64,000 bases of DNA from Polyangiales bacterium (GTDB lineage: Bacteria; Myxococcota_A; Polyangia; Polyangiales; Ga0077539): NCBI GenBank assembly GCA_046351535.1, contig JAXLYG010000005.1, forward strand, positions 101,334 to 165,333, given 5' to 3'. Made by a program: the position numbers and the translations under genes. Below are positions 39,776 to 49,629 of the stretch, piece by piece (positions within the stretch are counted from its first letter, which is position 1; each line of letters starts with the position of its first letter). A model generated the notes under the pieces. That model saw nothing but the letters and a program-made list of their open reading frames with translations. It did not search any database and was not told the DNA's origin.

Positions 39776-41411
39776 TCGTCGGGTCCCACCGCCTCGCGCG
39801 CTCCAACCACATCGCGGCCTCGCGGTCTCTCCCCTCGACGCGCGCGAGCTCGTGCTGTCGCAGCGCGCCCGCGGGCTGATCGCAGGTCACGTCGAGCCAC
39901 TGCACGAGCGCCCGCCGCGCCTCGCGATCACCGCGGAGCGTCTCGCGCGTCGCCCACGCGCCGTCGACGACCACGACCCGAGACGCGTCGTGCCGCAAGC
40001 GCGTGAGCGCGTCGACGTGCGTCCCGTGCGAGACGCTCCGCGCGGCGGCGGCGCGCACCCACGGAGACCGATCTCGCAGCGCCGACGTGAACACCTCGTC
40101 GGCCTCGGGACGATCCGCCCACGGCGCGAGCATCGCGACGAGCGAGGCCCTCCACGCGTCGTTGTCCTCTCGCATCGCCAGCGACGCGAGCTCGCGGAGC
40201 ACCGAGGTATCGCCGCGCATCGCGCTCGCCACGACCCGCGCGCGACGGCGGACGGCGCCGTGGTGTCCCTCACCGAACCACGCCGTGACGTTCTCTTCGG
40301 CCCAGGTCACAGGGCGATCGGAGTGACAGCCGGAGCACGCGTTGGGCACGCCGAGCGCTCGCGTGAGCGTCGGATCGGGGATCGTGAAGCCGTGGTCCCT
40401 CCTCCGATCGCGCTGCATGTAGGTCGCCGCGGGCATGTGGCAGTTGACGCAGCGGGCGCCGTCGCTCGCCGCGGGGTGATGCGCGTGCGTCGCGTCGATG
40501 ACAGGAGCGCCTCGCGCGCCGTTGCCGTGGCACGTGAGGCAGAGTTCGTCGCGGGTGATGGGGGCGCGCAGTCTGCCCGAATGGGGATCGTGACAGTCGT
40601 TGCAGGAGACGCCGCGCTGTCCCATGCGGCTCAGCGAGAGGGAGGCGTATTCGAAGTCCTCGTCGGCGCACTGTCCGTCGGGGTGATACGCGCCGGGCGT
40701 GTCGGCGAGCGTGAGGCGGTAGTGGTCGTCGAAGCGCTCGCCCGCGCGGAAGGCTCCGCTCAGCTCCTCGCGTCGCGCGTGGCAGCTCGCGCAGGTGTCG
40801 GCGACGCGCGCTCGCCACGGGGGATTCTGCGAGCGTCGATGGCCCTCGGGCATCGCGCCGTGGCACTGCGCGCAGGCGACGCCTGCGGCGCTCCACGCGC
40901 TGCGGTACGCGTCGGAGCGCGCGTCGTAGCCCTTCACGAACCCGGTCGTGTGGCAGGCGGCGCACCAGGCGTTCCAGTTCATCCCGCGCTGCGTCCAGTG
41001 GCTCCACTCGTGGGGCGCCGGGCGGTCGGCGCCGAAGATCGAGAACCACTGTTTTTGCGATGGATCCCACGCGGGGTCGAGCACCTGCACGCGGCCGTCG
41101 GCGCGCGCGACGAGGTACTGCCGCAGGGGTTCGACGGCGATCACCGCGCGGAGGGGTTCACTGCGCAGCTCGGGCGAGAGCGCTCTCAGTGCCTCGGTGT
41201 CGCGCGCGTCGATGGGGCGCTGCGCCCTCGCGTGCTGCGATGCCTGCCAGGCTTCGTATTGCGCGCGGTGACAGGGCGCGCAGGGCCGCGCGACATCGGG
41301 CGCGGCGGAGCCCGGGGCCCCCACGTCGGTGAAGCGCGCGGGAGGCTCAGGGGTCGCGCGTCGACACCCCAGGGCCACGGCGAAGGCGAGGAGCGATCGC
41401 GCGAGGTTCAC
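39747..41411 (-). CDS. octaheme c-type cytochrome with a C-terminal HEAT-like repeat region
   Basis: Eight CxxCH motifs (CAPCH, CAACH, CAQCH, CASCH, CNDCH, CLTCH, CVNCH, CSGCH). Signal or lipobox LLAFAVALGC. Probable GTG start at 41411 preceded by GGAG; the ORF-track start is 41606. The 3' end overlaps the sulfatase gene by 29 nt. Confidence 0.65.
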   Translation of the reverse strand: MNLARSLLAFAVALGCRRATPEPPARFTDVGAPGSAAPDVARPCAPCHRAQYEAWQASQHARAQRPIDARDTEALRALSPELRSEPLRAVIAVEPLRQYLVARADGRVQVLDPAWDPSQKQWFSIFGADRPAPHEWSHWTQRGMNWNAWCAACHTTGFVKGYDARSDAYRSAWSAAGVACAQCHGAMPEGHRRSQNPPWRARVADTCASCHARREELSGAFRAGERFDDHYRLTLADTPGAYHPDGQCADEDFEYASLSLSRMGQRGVSCNDCHDPHSGRLRAPITRDELCLTCHGNGARGAPVIDATHAHHPAASDGARCVNCHMPAATYMQRDRRRDHGFTIPDPTLTRALGVPNACSGCHSDRPVTWAEENVTAWFGEGHHGAVRRRARVVASAMRGDTSVLRELASLAMREDNDAWRASLVAMLAPWADRPEADEVFTSALRDRSPWVRAAAARSVSHGTHVDALTRLRHDASRVVVVDGAWATRETLRGDREARRALVQWLDVTCDQPAGALRQHELARVEGRDREAAMWLERARRWDPTISDAWGSGR

Positions 41412-41497
41412 CGGACACTCCGTTGGCCGAAGGCGAGAGAGACCTTCACGGGGCAGCGCGCGTTGCGGGCGCCTCGCTTCAGGGTGAAGATGGGCGC

Positions 41498-42286
41498 ATG
41501 ACGAGCGACGCCCGCGCGAAGATGGGTCACGGACCGTTCCGACCGGAGCAGTTGAAATCCGGTGATCCCTACGAGATTTCGAACGGGCACGCGATCTTCT
41601 GCGCACCGACGGGCGGAGACGGCGGCGGACCGAATCTCCGGGGCGGCTTCGTGCTCGACACCGATCCGATGGTGAAGCGCGCGGGGGTCGACACGGGGTT
41701 TCAGCTCAGCCCCCTCACGATGCGCGCGCCCGACGTCTCTGTGGGTGACTACGAGGAGCGTCCGGGCTGGGTGAAGGGGGTTCCTCCGCTCGCGATCGAG
41801 TATGCGAGCGTCGGTCAGGACGAGCGTGAGCTCATGGAGAAGATCGAAGACCTCCGTCGCGCGGGCACGCAATACCTCTGGGTGGTGCGTCTCACGGGGC
41901 CGCGTCGGGTCGAGGTGTACGAGCGATCGAAGCCCATGCGGGTCGTGACGTCGGGGCAGTCGCTCACCGCGCCTGGGGTGCTCCAGAACGAAGTGCCCAT
42001 CGAGGCGCTCTTCGACCGCGACGCGGCGATGGAGGTGGCGCTGAGGAACCTCCTGCAGCGCAAAGGGCACGAGAGCCTCGAGGCGCTCCAGAAGAGCGAG
42101 CGAGAAGAAGGAAAAGCAGAAGGAATCGCCGAGGCCCTCCTCCGTGTGCTCCGTCGCCGCGGGTTCGCGCTCGACGACGCTGCGCGCGCGAAGGTCGAAA
42201 CGTGCCGCGACGCCGATCAGCTCGACGCCTGGCTCGATCGCGCCGTCACGGCGCAGCGCATCGAAGACGTGTTCGTCGACCTGTAG
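41498..42286 (+). CDS. Uma2-family (DUF820) endonuclease fused to a DUF4351-like C-terminal domain
   Basis: The PD-(D/E)xK-like core is PLAIEYASVGQDERELMEKIEDLRRAGTQYLWVV. The C-terminal LLRVLRRRGFALDDAARAKVETCRDADQLDAWLDRA resembles the DUF4351 tail of YhgA/Rpn-like proteins. Confidence 0.5.
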   Translation: MTSDARAKMGHGPFRPEQLKSGDPYEISNGHAIFCAPTGGDGGGPNLRGGFVLDTDPMVKRAGVDTGFQLSPLTMRAPDVSVGDYEERPGWVKGVPPLAIEYASVGQDERELMEKIEDLRRAGTQYLWVVRLTGPRRVEVYERSKPMRVVTSGQSLTAPGVLQNEVPIEALFDRDAAMEVALRNLLQRKGHESLEALQKSEREEGKAEGIAEALLRVLRRRGFALDDAARAKVETCRDADQLDAWLDRAVTAQRIEDVFVDL

Positions 42287-42335
42287 CGCTCTGCACTCCC
42301 CCGCGCGCACCCTCGCAGGTACGCTCGCGCTCTCC

Positions 42336-44888
42336 ATGCGCGCCCTCTGGATCGCTCCCCTGGTCATCGTCGCGTCGTGTGAGGTCACCACGGAGCCCGC
42401 GTCCGCGCGGCGCTACACGGGACCCTCGCGCGTCACCCTCGGCTCCGGCGCGACGCGCGTCACGCTGCGCCTCGACCGCTTCGGAATGCAGATCAGCGGC
42501 CGCGACGGCGTCGTGCTCGACACCCTCGACACCACCCCCACCGCACCCGGTGAAGACCATACCGCGTACGGAGCGCTCGGCGCCGCGCGGCGCGACGTCG
42601 AGGTGCGCGCCCCCATCATCGAGGGGTGGGACCACGTCACGATCCGTGAGACCGGGTGGTTCCACGGGAGCGCCGTCGAGAGCGCGGTGATCGAGGGAGA
42701 CAGCGCGTCGATCGACCTCGTCGACCCGTCGCAGCCTCGCGTCACGCTGCACCTCGACCTCTCGGTGCTCGACGACGAGGTGCGCATCGACACGCGCGTG
42801 CGCCCCACGGGCGGCGCCGCCGACGCTGGCATCACCGACGGACCCGACCGCACGGGGCTCTCGTTCACGCTCCCCGCGGACGAGCACTTCTTCGGCCTCG
42901 GGGAGCGCTACGTCACCGTCGATCACCGCGGGCAGCGCTTCGAATGCTGGACCGAAGAGGGCGGCATCGGCGGCGGCGAGCGCGCCACGCCGGGACGCGC
43001 GAACCCCTTTCCCAATGGGACGGGGATGACGCACATCCCGATTCCGTTCGTGCTCTCGACGAAGGGCTACGGGCTCTGGATCGACACGACCGCGCGCACG
43101 GGCTTCGACATGGGCGCCGAGCTCCCCACCGCGTGGAGGGTCTACGCCGATGAGCCCACGATGCGACTCAGGGTGCTCGTGCACCGCGAGCCCGCCGACA
43201 CGCTCGCGCACTTCACACGGCTCACGGGACACGCGCACGCGCCCGCGCCGTGGGTCTTCGGTCCGCGCCGCAGGGTCGACCACGGCACGATGGTGGGCGC
43301 CGAGCCCGAGTGGCTCGCGCTTCGAACGCACCACGTCCCCACGACGATGGCCGACGACACGACGCACTTTCTCCCCCACGCGGGCGCGTCGGGGCGCGAG
43401 CCCGAGGTGCGCATGTGGAACACGCAGCTCCACGCGTACGGGTACAAATCCATCGCGTACTTCAACGCCAACGTGTCGGCGTCGAGGCCCGCGGCGGCGG
43501 ACCTCCTCGCGTATGGGCGGGCGCACGACCTCTTCGTCCGCACCGACGACGGCGCCGAGTTCGTCACGTCGATCGTGTCGGGCGGCGCGCAGCCCACGGT
43601 CACCCTCGACCTCTCGAAGCCCGAGGCCGCCGCGTGGTGGACCTCGCTCCAACAGAACGCGCTCGACCTCGGCTACGACGGCTGGATGCTCGACTTCGGG
43701 GAGTACATCCCCCCCAACGCGAGGCTCTCCGACGGGCGCAGCGGGTGGCTCGCGCACAACGCCTTTCCGCTCCTCATGCAGCGCGTGTCGACGGAGTTTC
43801 TCCGCAGGGTGCGCGGCGACGACTACATGTTCTTCGCGCGCGCCGGCTACACGGGGACGCAGGCCCTCGTGCCGATGGTGTGGTCCGGCGATCCGAGCGC
43901 GAGCTTCGAACCCGCGCGGGGCCTGCCCGCCAACGTGCGCGCGGGCGTGAACGCGGGGCTCTCGGGCATCCCCTACTGGGGCAGCGACATCTCGGGCTAC
44001 ACGTGCCTCAACGACCCTCCCGCCAACAAGGAGGTGTACCTCCGCTGGGCCGAGTTCGGCGCGCTCTCGCCCGACATGCACGACGAGAACGCGTGCTCGA
44101 GCGCGCCGCCCGGCTCGCCGCCGAAATGGACCCTCTGGAGCGACGCCGAGACCACCGAGGTCTACGGCCGCTACGCGCGCCTCCACACGCGGCTCATCCC
44201 GTACATCTACGCCGCCGCGAAGGAGTCCGAGGCCACGGGCATCCCCATCATGCGGCACCCGATCTTCACGCACCCGCGCGAGGCCGACGCCTGGAGGACG
44301 CAGCTCGAGTACTGGTTCGGCCCGGCGCTCTACGCGGCCCCCGTGGTCGAGCGCGGCGCCCGCACGCGGTCGCTCTGGCTCCCGCCCGGCGCGTGGATCG
44401 ACTGGTGGACCCTCGACGGCGTCGACGGCGGACGCACCGTGACCCGCGACGCGCCGCTCGACGTGATCCCGCTCTATCAGCGGGCTGGGACGCTCGTCGC
44501 GATGCTCGACCCGCGCGTCGAGACGCTCATCGCCGACACGCGCGACGACGTGGTGAGCGCCGACGAGGTCGCCGACGTGATGGACGTGCGAGGCTACGTG
44601 CGACGCGGCGATCCGCGCGCCACGGCCACGCTCGCCGATTCGACCGTGTACGAAGCCGTCGCGGGAGATGGCGCGGTGACCCTCCCCGATGGCTACGCGA
44701 TGGCGGACGAGGCCACGCTCTCGACGTGCTCGCGCTGCGCGCGCGTCGACGCGCTCCCCTCGGGCGGAACGCGCCTGAGAGTGACCACCGAGCGCGCCAT
44801 GACGGGGAATGTCACCGCGGGTTCTGTCTCGCTCACGCACCGCGCGTCGAGGGCGCGTCGCGTGCGGTGGGACGTCGTCGTTCGCTGA
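42336..44888 (+). CDS. glycoside hydrolase family 31 (alpha-glucosidase/alpha-xylosidase-like) lipoprotein
   Basis: Start ATG 42336 with lipobox VIVASC. GH31 catalytic-region motifs GYDGWMLDFGE and VWSGDPSASF. Confidence 0.7.
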   Translation: MRALWIAPLVIVASCEVTTEPASARRYTGPSRVTLGSGATRVTLRLDRFGMQISGRDGVVLDTLDTTPTAPGEDHTAYGALGAARRDVEVRAPIIEGWDHVTIRETGWFHGSAVESAVIEGDSASIDLVDPSQPRVTLHLDLSVLDDEVRIDTRVRPTGGAADAGITDGPDRTGLSFTLPADEHFFGLGERYVTVDHRGQRFECWTEEGGIGGGERATPGRANPFPNGTGMTHIPIPFVLSTKGYGLWIDTTARTGFDMGAELPTAWRVYADEPTMRLRVLVHREPADTLAHFTRLTGHAHAPAPWVFGPRRRVDHGTMVGAEPEWLALRTHHVPTTMADDTTHFLPHAGASGREPEVRMWNTQLHAYGYKSIAYFNANVSASRPAAADLLAYGRAHDLFVRTDDGAEFVTSIVSGGAQPTVTLDLSKPEAAAWWTSLQQNALDLGYDGWMLDFGEYIPPNARLSDGRSGWLAHNAFPLLMQRVSTEFLRRVRGDDYMFFARAGYTGTQALVPMVWSGDPSASFEPARGLPANVRAGVNAGLSGIPYWGSDISGYTCLNDPPANKEVYLRWAEFGALSPDMHDENACSSAPPGSPPKWTLWSDAETTEVYGRYARLHTRLIPYIYAAAKESEATGIPIMRHPIFTHPREADAWRTQLEYWFGPALYAAPVVERGARTRSLWLPPGAWIDWWTLDGVDGGRTVTRDAPLDVIPLYQRAGTLVAMLDPRVETLIADTRDDVVSADEVADVMDVRGYVRRGDPRATATLADSTVYEAVAGDGAVTLPDGYAMADEATLSTCSRCARVDALPSGGTRLRVTTERAMTGNVTAGSVSLTHRASRARRVRWDVVVR

Positions 44889-44905
44889 TGCCGAGAGGGA
44901 GCACC

Positions 44906-46527
44906 ATGTCTGTCACACAACACCGCGCCGCGGCGCTCGCGATGGGCCTCGCGGCGACGCTCGTACGCCCGTCGCTCGCGGCGGCGCAGACCCCCATCGT
45001 GCTCGACGCGACGATCCCCGAGGGACGCCGCGCTACTTCGCCGTGCCCTTCACCGTGCCCGAAGGGATCCGCGAGATCGAGGTGCGCCACGACGACCAGT
45101 CGGAGATGAACATCCTCGACTGGGGCCTCGCGGATCCGTCGCGGTTTCGAGGCTGGGGCGGTGGCAACCGTGAGCCCGCGGTGGTGGCCGTCGAAGCGGC
45201 TTCGCGGAGCTACCTCCCCGGTCCCATCGCCGCGGGGACGTGGTCGCTGCTCATCGGTCAGGCGAAGGTGGTGGAGCGCCCCGCGCGCTACCACGTCGAG
45301 ATCTTTCTGCGCGCGACGCCGACGCTGGCCGCGCAGCCCGAGCGACGCCCCTACGCAGACGTGCCCGCGCTCTCGACGGGGCCGCGCTGGTACGCGGGAG
45401 ACTTTCACGTCCACACGCGCGAGAGCGGCGACGCCTCGCCGACGCTCGACGAGGCGGCCACCTTCGCGCGCAGCCGCGGCCTCGATTTCATCGAGCTCTC
45501 GGAGCACAACACCGTCTCGCAGCTCGAGCTCGTCGGCGCCGCGCAGGCGAGGCACCCCGACATTCTCTACGTGCCGGGCATCGAGGTGACCACCTACGCG
45601 GGGCACGCCAACGCGATCGGCGCGACGCGCTGGGTCGACTTCCGCGCGGGCTCTCCCGACGCGGGCGTTCCCATCGGAGAGATCACCGACGCGGTGTCGT
45701 CGCAGAACGCGCTCTTCGCGATCAACCACCCGATGCTCGACCTCGGCGACACCTGCATCGGCTGCGCGTGGAGCCTCCGCGAAGCCCCCGGTCGCGTGGC
45801 CGCCATCGAGATCCAGAACGGCCAGTACTCGGTCACGGGGCTGCTCTTCTATCCGCAGGTGATGCGCTTCTGGGAGTCGTACCTCGAACGCGGCGAGCAC
45901 GTGGCCCCCATCGGCGGCAGCGACGATCACAGCGCGGGTCAAGACCACGGCATGTTCTCGAGCCCCACGGGCGGCCCCACCACGATGGTCTACGCCACGG
46001 AGCTCAGCGCGCCGGCCATCCTCGCGGGCGTCCGCGCGGGGCGCACGGTGGTGAAGCTCCAGGGCCCCGGTGACCCGATGGTCGCCCTCCGCGCGGGCGA
46101 CGCGCTGCTCGGAGACACCGTGCGCGCGCGCAGGGTGACGCTGCGCGCGACGGTCACGCAGGGCGTCGGGTCGGAGCTCGCGTTCGTGCGAAACGGCGAG
46201 GCCCGCGCGCCCGTGACGGTGAACGCAGACCCCTTCACGGCGACGCTCGACGTCGACGCTCCGCCGGGCAGCTCCGACGATCGATGGCGCTGCGAGCTCA
46301 TGGTCGGCGGTCGCCCGCGCGTGGTGACGGGTCACGTGTGGGTGGCGGCGACGGGCGATCCCATCCCCGTCGACGCGGGGCGCGACGCGAGCGTCTCAAC
46401 GCCCGCGACGCAGGGTGAAGGCTGCGGCTGTCGCGCGGGGGCGCCTGCGCGCGACGGGCTGTGGGGCGCGCTCGTGGCGATGGTGGTCGGGCTGCGCCGT
46501 CGCAGGCGCGCGCGGCTCACACGATGA
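44906..46527 (+). CDS. PHP-domain (CehA/McbA-type) metallohydrolase, second copy in the window; apparent +1/-1 frameshift near 45025 separates the signal peptide from the enzyme body
   Basis: Ribosome-binding site GAGGGA, then ATG 44906, then signal peptide MSVTQHRAAALAMGLAATLVRPSLAAAQ in frame 2. The body RYFAVPFTVPEGIREIEV...GDFHVHTRESGD...ELSEHN is in frame 1 (ORF 44809..46527). One inserted base around 45023-45031 would join IPEG to TPRYFAVPF. Confidence 0.55.
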
Positions 46528-47914
46528 GCAGGTGGTCGGCGTCGTCGGGCGCGCGGGCGATGACCGAGTGCATCTCCTCGTCGCGCGTGACGGCGAGCTC
46601 GTAGAGCGACGCGAGCAGCGGCGGGTTCGCGCGCACCACGCTCATGAAGTGCTCGGGCAGTAGAACCAGCGCCACCGTGGGCTCCAGCGCGACCACCTCG
46701 GCGCTCGTCGGACGACGCAAGAGCAGCGAGACCTCGCCCACGGCCTCGCCCGGTCCGAGCGCGGCGATCGCGATGGTGCGCTCTCCCTCGATGCGACGCA
46801 CGGCCACGCGACCCGAGGCGATGAGGTGCAGCCCCACGGCCTCGGCGCCCTGCGCGATGAGCACGTCACCGGGCGCGTAGGTGCGCGTCTCGATGGCGCC
46901 CGTGAGCGTCTCGCGCCCCGCCGCGTCGACGCTTCGAAGCAGCGGCGCCGTGCGCAGGAGGTTCTGCACGAGGCGCTGACGCCCCCACCGCGCGAGCTCG
47001 TAGCCGAGCGCGGGGACCTCCTTCGATGCGGCATCGACGGCCTCGCGCGACGCTTCGAGCAGCAGGCACGCGCGCGTCGTGATCGCGCTCGCGGCGCGCG
47101 GCGCCGCCGTGAGCAGCGCCATCTCACCGAACACGGTCTCGGCCCCGAGCACCGCGAGCTCGTCGCCCGTGAGCACGGGCTCGGCGTCGACGAGGGGGAG
47201 CACCGAGTCGCGCTCCAGCGGACGGCGCAGCACGCGCACCTCGCCGCGCGCGACGAAGAACACGCGGCCGTCGCGCTCGCCCTCGCGGATCACCTCTTCG
47301 CCGGGCGGACAGAGCCGCACCTCGAGGGTCTCCGCGAAGCGTTCGAATGCGCCGCGCGGGAGCGCGCCCCATAGCGCGTGCGCCGACCGCGCCGGGAGCC
47401 GCTCGGGCAGCTTCGCGCGCATCGCCTCGATCGACGCGTGCGCGCGCTCGAACACCTCGCTCATGGGCACCTCGTCGGGGATCGGCGTCACCTCGTCGCT
47501 CCGAAGCGGCGGCGGGTGCACCGACGTGTCGACCGCGCGCTCCGCGTCGGCGCCGAGCACCGCGGCGAGCTCCGAGAGGATCTCTCCGTTGCCCGTGAGC
47601 CTGCGCGCCGAGAGGGCCGCGGCGACGGCGTGGCCGGTCATTCCCCGGATGGCGAGGGTGCGCGCGGCGGTTTCGAACGCGATGCGCGCGAGGTTCATGT
47701 GCCCGAGGCTCACGGCGGCGCGGGCCACCACGTCGGCCGCGGCGGCGTCGGCGCCGACGTCACCGAGGGCGGGCGCCGCGCGGCGGAGGCACTCGCTCGC
47801 GCGGTTGCGAGAGAGGGCTGCGAGGGCAAGGTCGAGGGCGTGTGTAGGGCTGAGCGAGCGGCGCATGCGAGGCAGCATCGTGGGGCGGTGAAGATACACG
47901 GTCGCGCCCCCCAT
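46517..47914 (-). CDS. protein with two cyclic-nucleotide-binding (cNMP/CAP effector) domains and an N-terminal helical region
   Basis: FGEMALL and VGEVSLL phosphate-binding-cassette motifs. The start is uncertain among M1, M13 and M17. Confidence 0.65.
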   Translation of the reverse strand: MGGATVYLHRPTMLPRMRRSLSPTHALDLALAALSRNRASECLRRAAPALGDVGADAAAADVVARAAVSLGHMNLARIAFETAARTLAIRGMTGHAVAAALSARRLTGNGEILSELAAVLGADAERAVDTSVHPPPLRSDEVTPIPDEVPMSEVFERAHASIEAMRAKLPERLPARSAHALWGALPRGAFERFAETLEVRLCPPGEEVIREGERDGRVFFVARGEVRVLRRPLERDSVLPLVDAEPVLTGDELAVLGAETVFGEMALLTAAPRAASAITTRACLLLEASREAVDAASKEVPALGYELARWGRQRLVQNLLRTAPLLRSVDAAGRETLTGAIETRTYAPGDVLIAQGAEAVGLHLIASGRVAVRRIEGERTIAIAALGPGEAVGEVSLLLRRPTSAEVVALEPTVALVLLPEHFMSVVRANPPLLASLYELAVTRDEEMHSVIARAPDDADHLLIV

Positions 47915-47994
47915 TGGATCGCGTCCGCGCTTCGGTTAGAACCGCAGTCGCGATACGTCTCCCACGGAACATCGCTTCGACGGAGCACCCACCG

Positions 47995-49629
47995 ATGGCT
48001 CGTCTCTTCTCGATGGCTTCTACCGCGGGCGCGCTGAGCCTCCTGGCCGCGTGCTCCGAGGGTCCCGCGCGCTTCGTTCCTCCCACCGACGCCGAGGCCG
48101 ACGTGCTCGTTCCGCGCGTCGACGCCGCGCGCGATGTGACGCCCGACGTGACCGCGCCCACCGACCGACCCGCGGTACGCACCGTGCGCACGGTCATCAC
48201 CATGGGCGCGCCGATGGACGCCCCCATGCGCTTCGGCGGCACGGAATCGACCGCGCGCGCGCCGACCTGGGTGTACCCCGAAGACCGCACCATCGTTCCG
48301 CCGAACCTCCCGGGCTTCGAAGTGCACTTCATGCCCGGCGAGGGGAACACCCTCTTCGAAGTGACCTTCTCGGGCGACGTCGTCGACGTGAAGGTCTACG
48401 CCACCTGCACGATGGTCAACGGCGGCTGCGTGCTGCCGATCCCGCGCGAGGGCTTCGACCAGATCGCCGCCGCGGGGCGCTCCGGCGGCGGCGTTCGCAT
48501 GGTCATCCGCGGCACCGCGATGGGCTCGACGAACGGCCCCGTGTCGCGCTCGGAGTCGCGCTTCCTCGGGCTCACGCAGAGCGACCTGCGCGGCGGTGTG
48601 TACTACTGGGCCGCGACGGTGGTGGGCCGCGTCGACCGCTTCGACTTCGCCCGCGAAGACGCGCGGCCCGAGGTCTTCATGCAGGGCCCCAACCCCTTTC
48701 TCTGCGTGGGCTGTCACGTCCTCTCGCGCGACGGGACGCGCATGGCCGCGGGCTACGGCATCCCGGGCCCCGCGCAGACGCAGATCATCGACGTCGCGTC
48801 GCGCATGCAGCGCGGCTCCAACGTGGGCTCGAACTTCGGGTCGTTCTCGCCCGACAACACCCGGTACATCTCGTCCGACGGCAACACGCTGTCGCTCTTC
48901 AGCGGAGACACGGCCACGGCGATGCCGGGCCTCGCGGTGGGCACCGCGGGCTCGCAGCCCGACTGGTCGCCCAACGGCGATCAGGTGGTGTTCTCTCGCG
49001 CGCGACAGGGCATCCCGATCCCCCTCGGCAACCCCGGCCACGGCGCGCCCGCGGACCTCTTCGTCATGCGATGGAACGTCTCGACCTTCGGCCCCCCGCG
49101 GATGCTGGTCGAGAGCATGGGCGAGAACAACTACTACCCGGGCTTCTCGCCCAACGGTCAGTGGGTGGCCTTCAACCGCTCGTCGAGCACCACGTACAAC
49201 GCCCCCGACGCGTCGCTGTGGGCCGTGCGCGGCGACGGGACGGGGACCCCCGTGTCGCTCACCGCCGCCAACGGACCGCCCGGCGTGAACAACTCGTGGC
49301 CCAAGTGGACGCCCTTCGTCGAGCGCTACGTGGGCGAGCTCGAGGAGCCCCTCATGTGGGTGACCTTCTCGTCGAACAGGGACTACGGCCTGCGGCTGCG
49401 TCAGGGCTCGATGCGACGCGCGCAGCTCTGGATGGCCGCGTTCCGCCCGAGCGCCGCGGCGACGGACCCGAGCGCGCCCGCGTTCTGGCTGCCCTTTCAG
49501 AACATCGAAGAGAGCAACCACATCGCGCAGTGGGTCGAGACCGTGCGCCGTAACGACTGCACCATGGACCGCAACTGCCCCGCGGGCGAGACCTGCGTCC
49601 GCGGTCAGTGCGTGGGCGCTCCGCCGTGA
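47995..49629 (+). CDS. lipoprotein with a TolB-like/PD40 beta-propeller
   Basis: Start ATG 47995 (MARLFSMASTAGALSLLAACS). Repeats PDWSPNGDQVVF and YPGFSPNGQWVAF. The C-terminus is Cys-rich (CTMDRNCPAGETCVRGQC). Confidence 0.55.
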   Translation: MARLFSMASTAGALSLLAACSEGPARFVPPTDAEADVLVPRVDAARDVTPDVTAPTDRPAVRTVRTVITMGAPMDAPMRFGGTESTARAPTWVYPEDRTIVPPNLPGFEVHFMPGEGNTLFEVTFSGDVVDVKVYATCTMVNGGCVLPIPREGFDQIAAAGRSGGGVRMVIRGTAMGSTNGPVSRSESRFLGLTQSDLRGGVYYWAATVVGRVDRFDFAREDARPEVFMQGPNPFLCVGCHVLSRDGTRMAAGYGIPGPAQTQIIDVASRMQRGSNVGSNFGSFSPDNTRYISSDGNTLSLFSGDTATAMPGLAVGTAGSQPDWSPNGDQVVFSRARQGIPIPLGNPGHGAPADLFVMRWNVSTFGPPRMLVESMGENNYYPGFSPNGQWVAFNRSSSTTYNAPDASLWAVRGDGTGTPVSLTAANGPPGVNNSWPKWTPFVERYVGELEEPLMWVTFSSNRDYGLRLRQGSMRRAQLWMAAFRPSAAATDPSAPAFWLPFQNIEESNHIAQWVETVRRNDCTMDRNCPAGETCVRGQCVGAPP

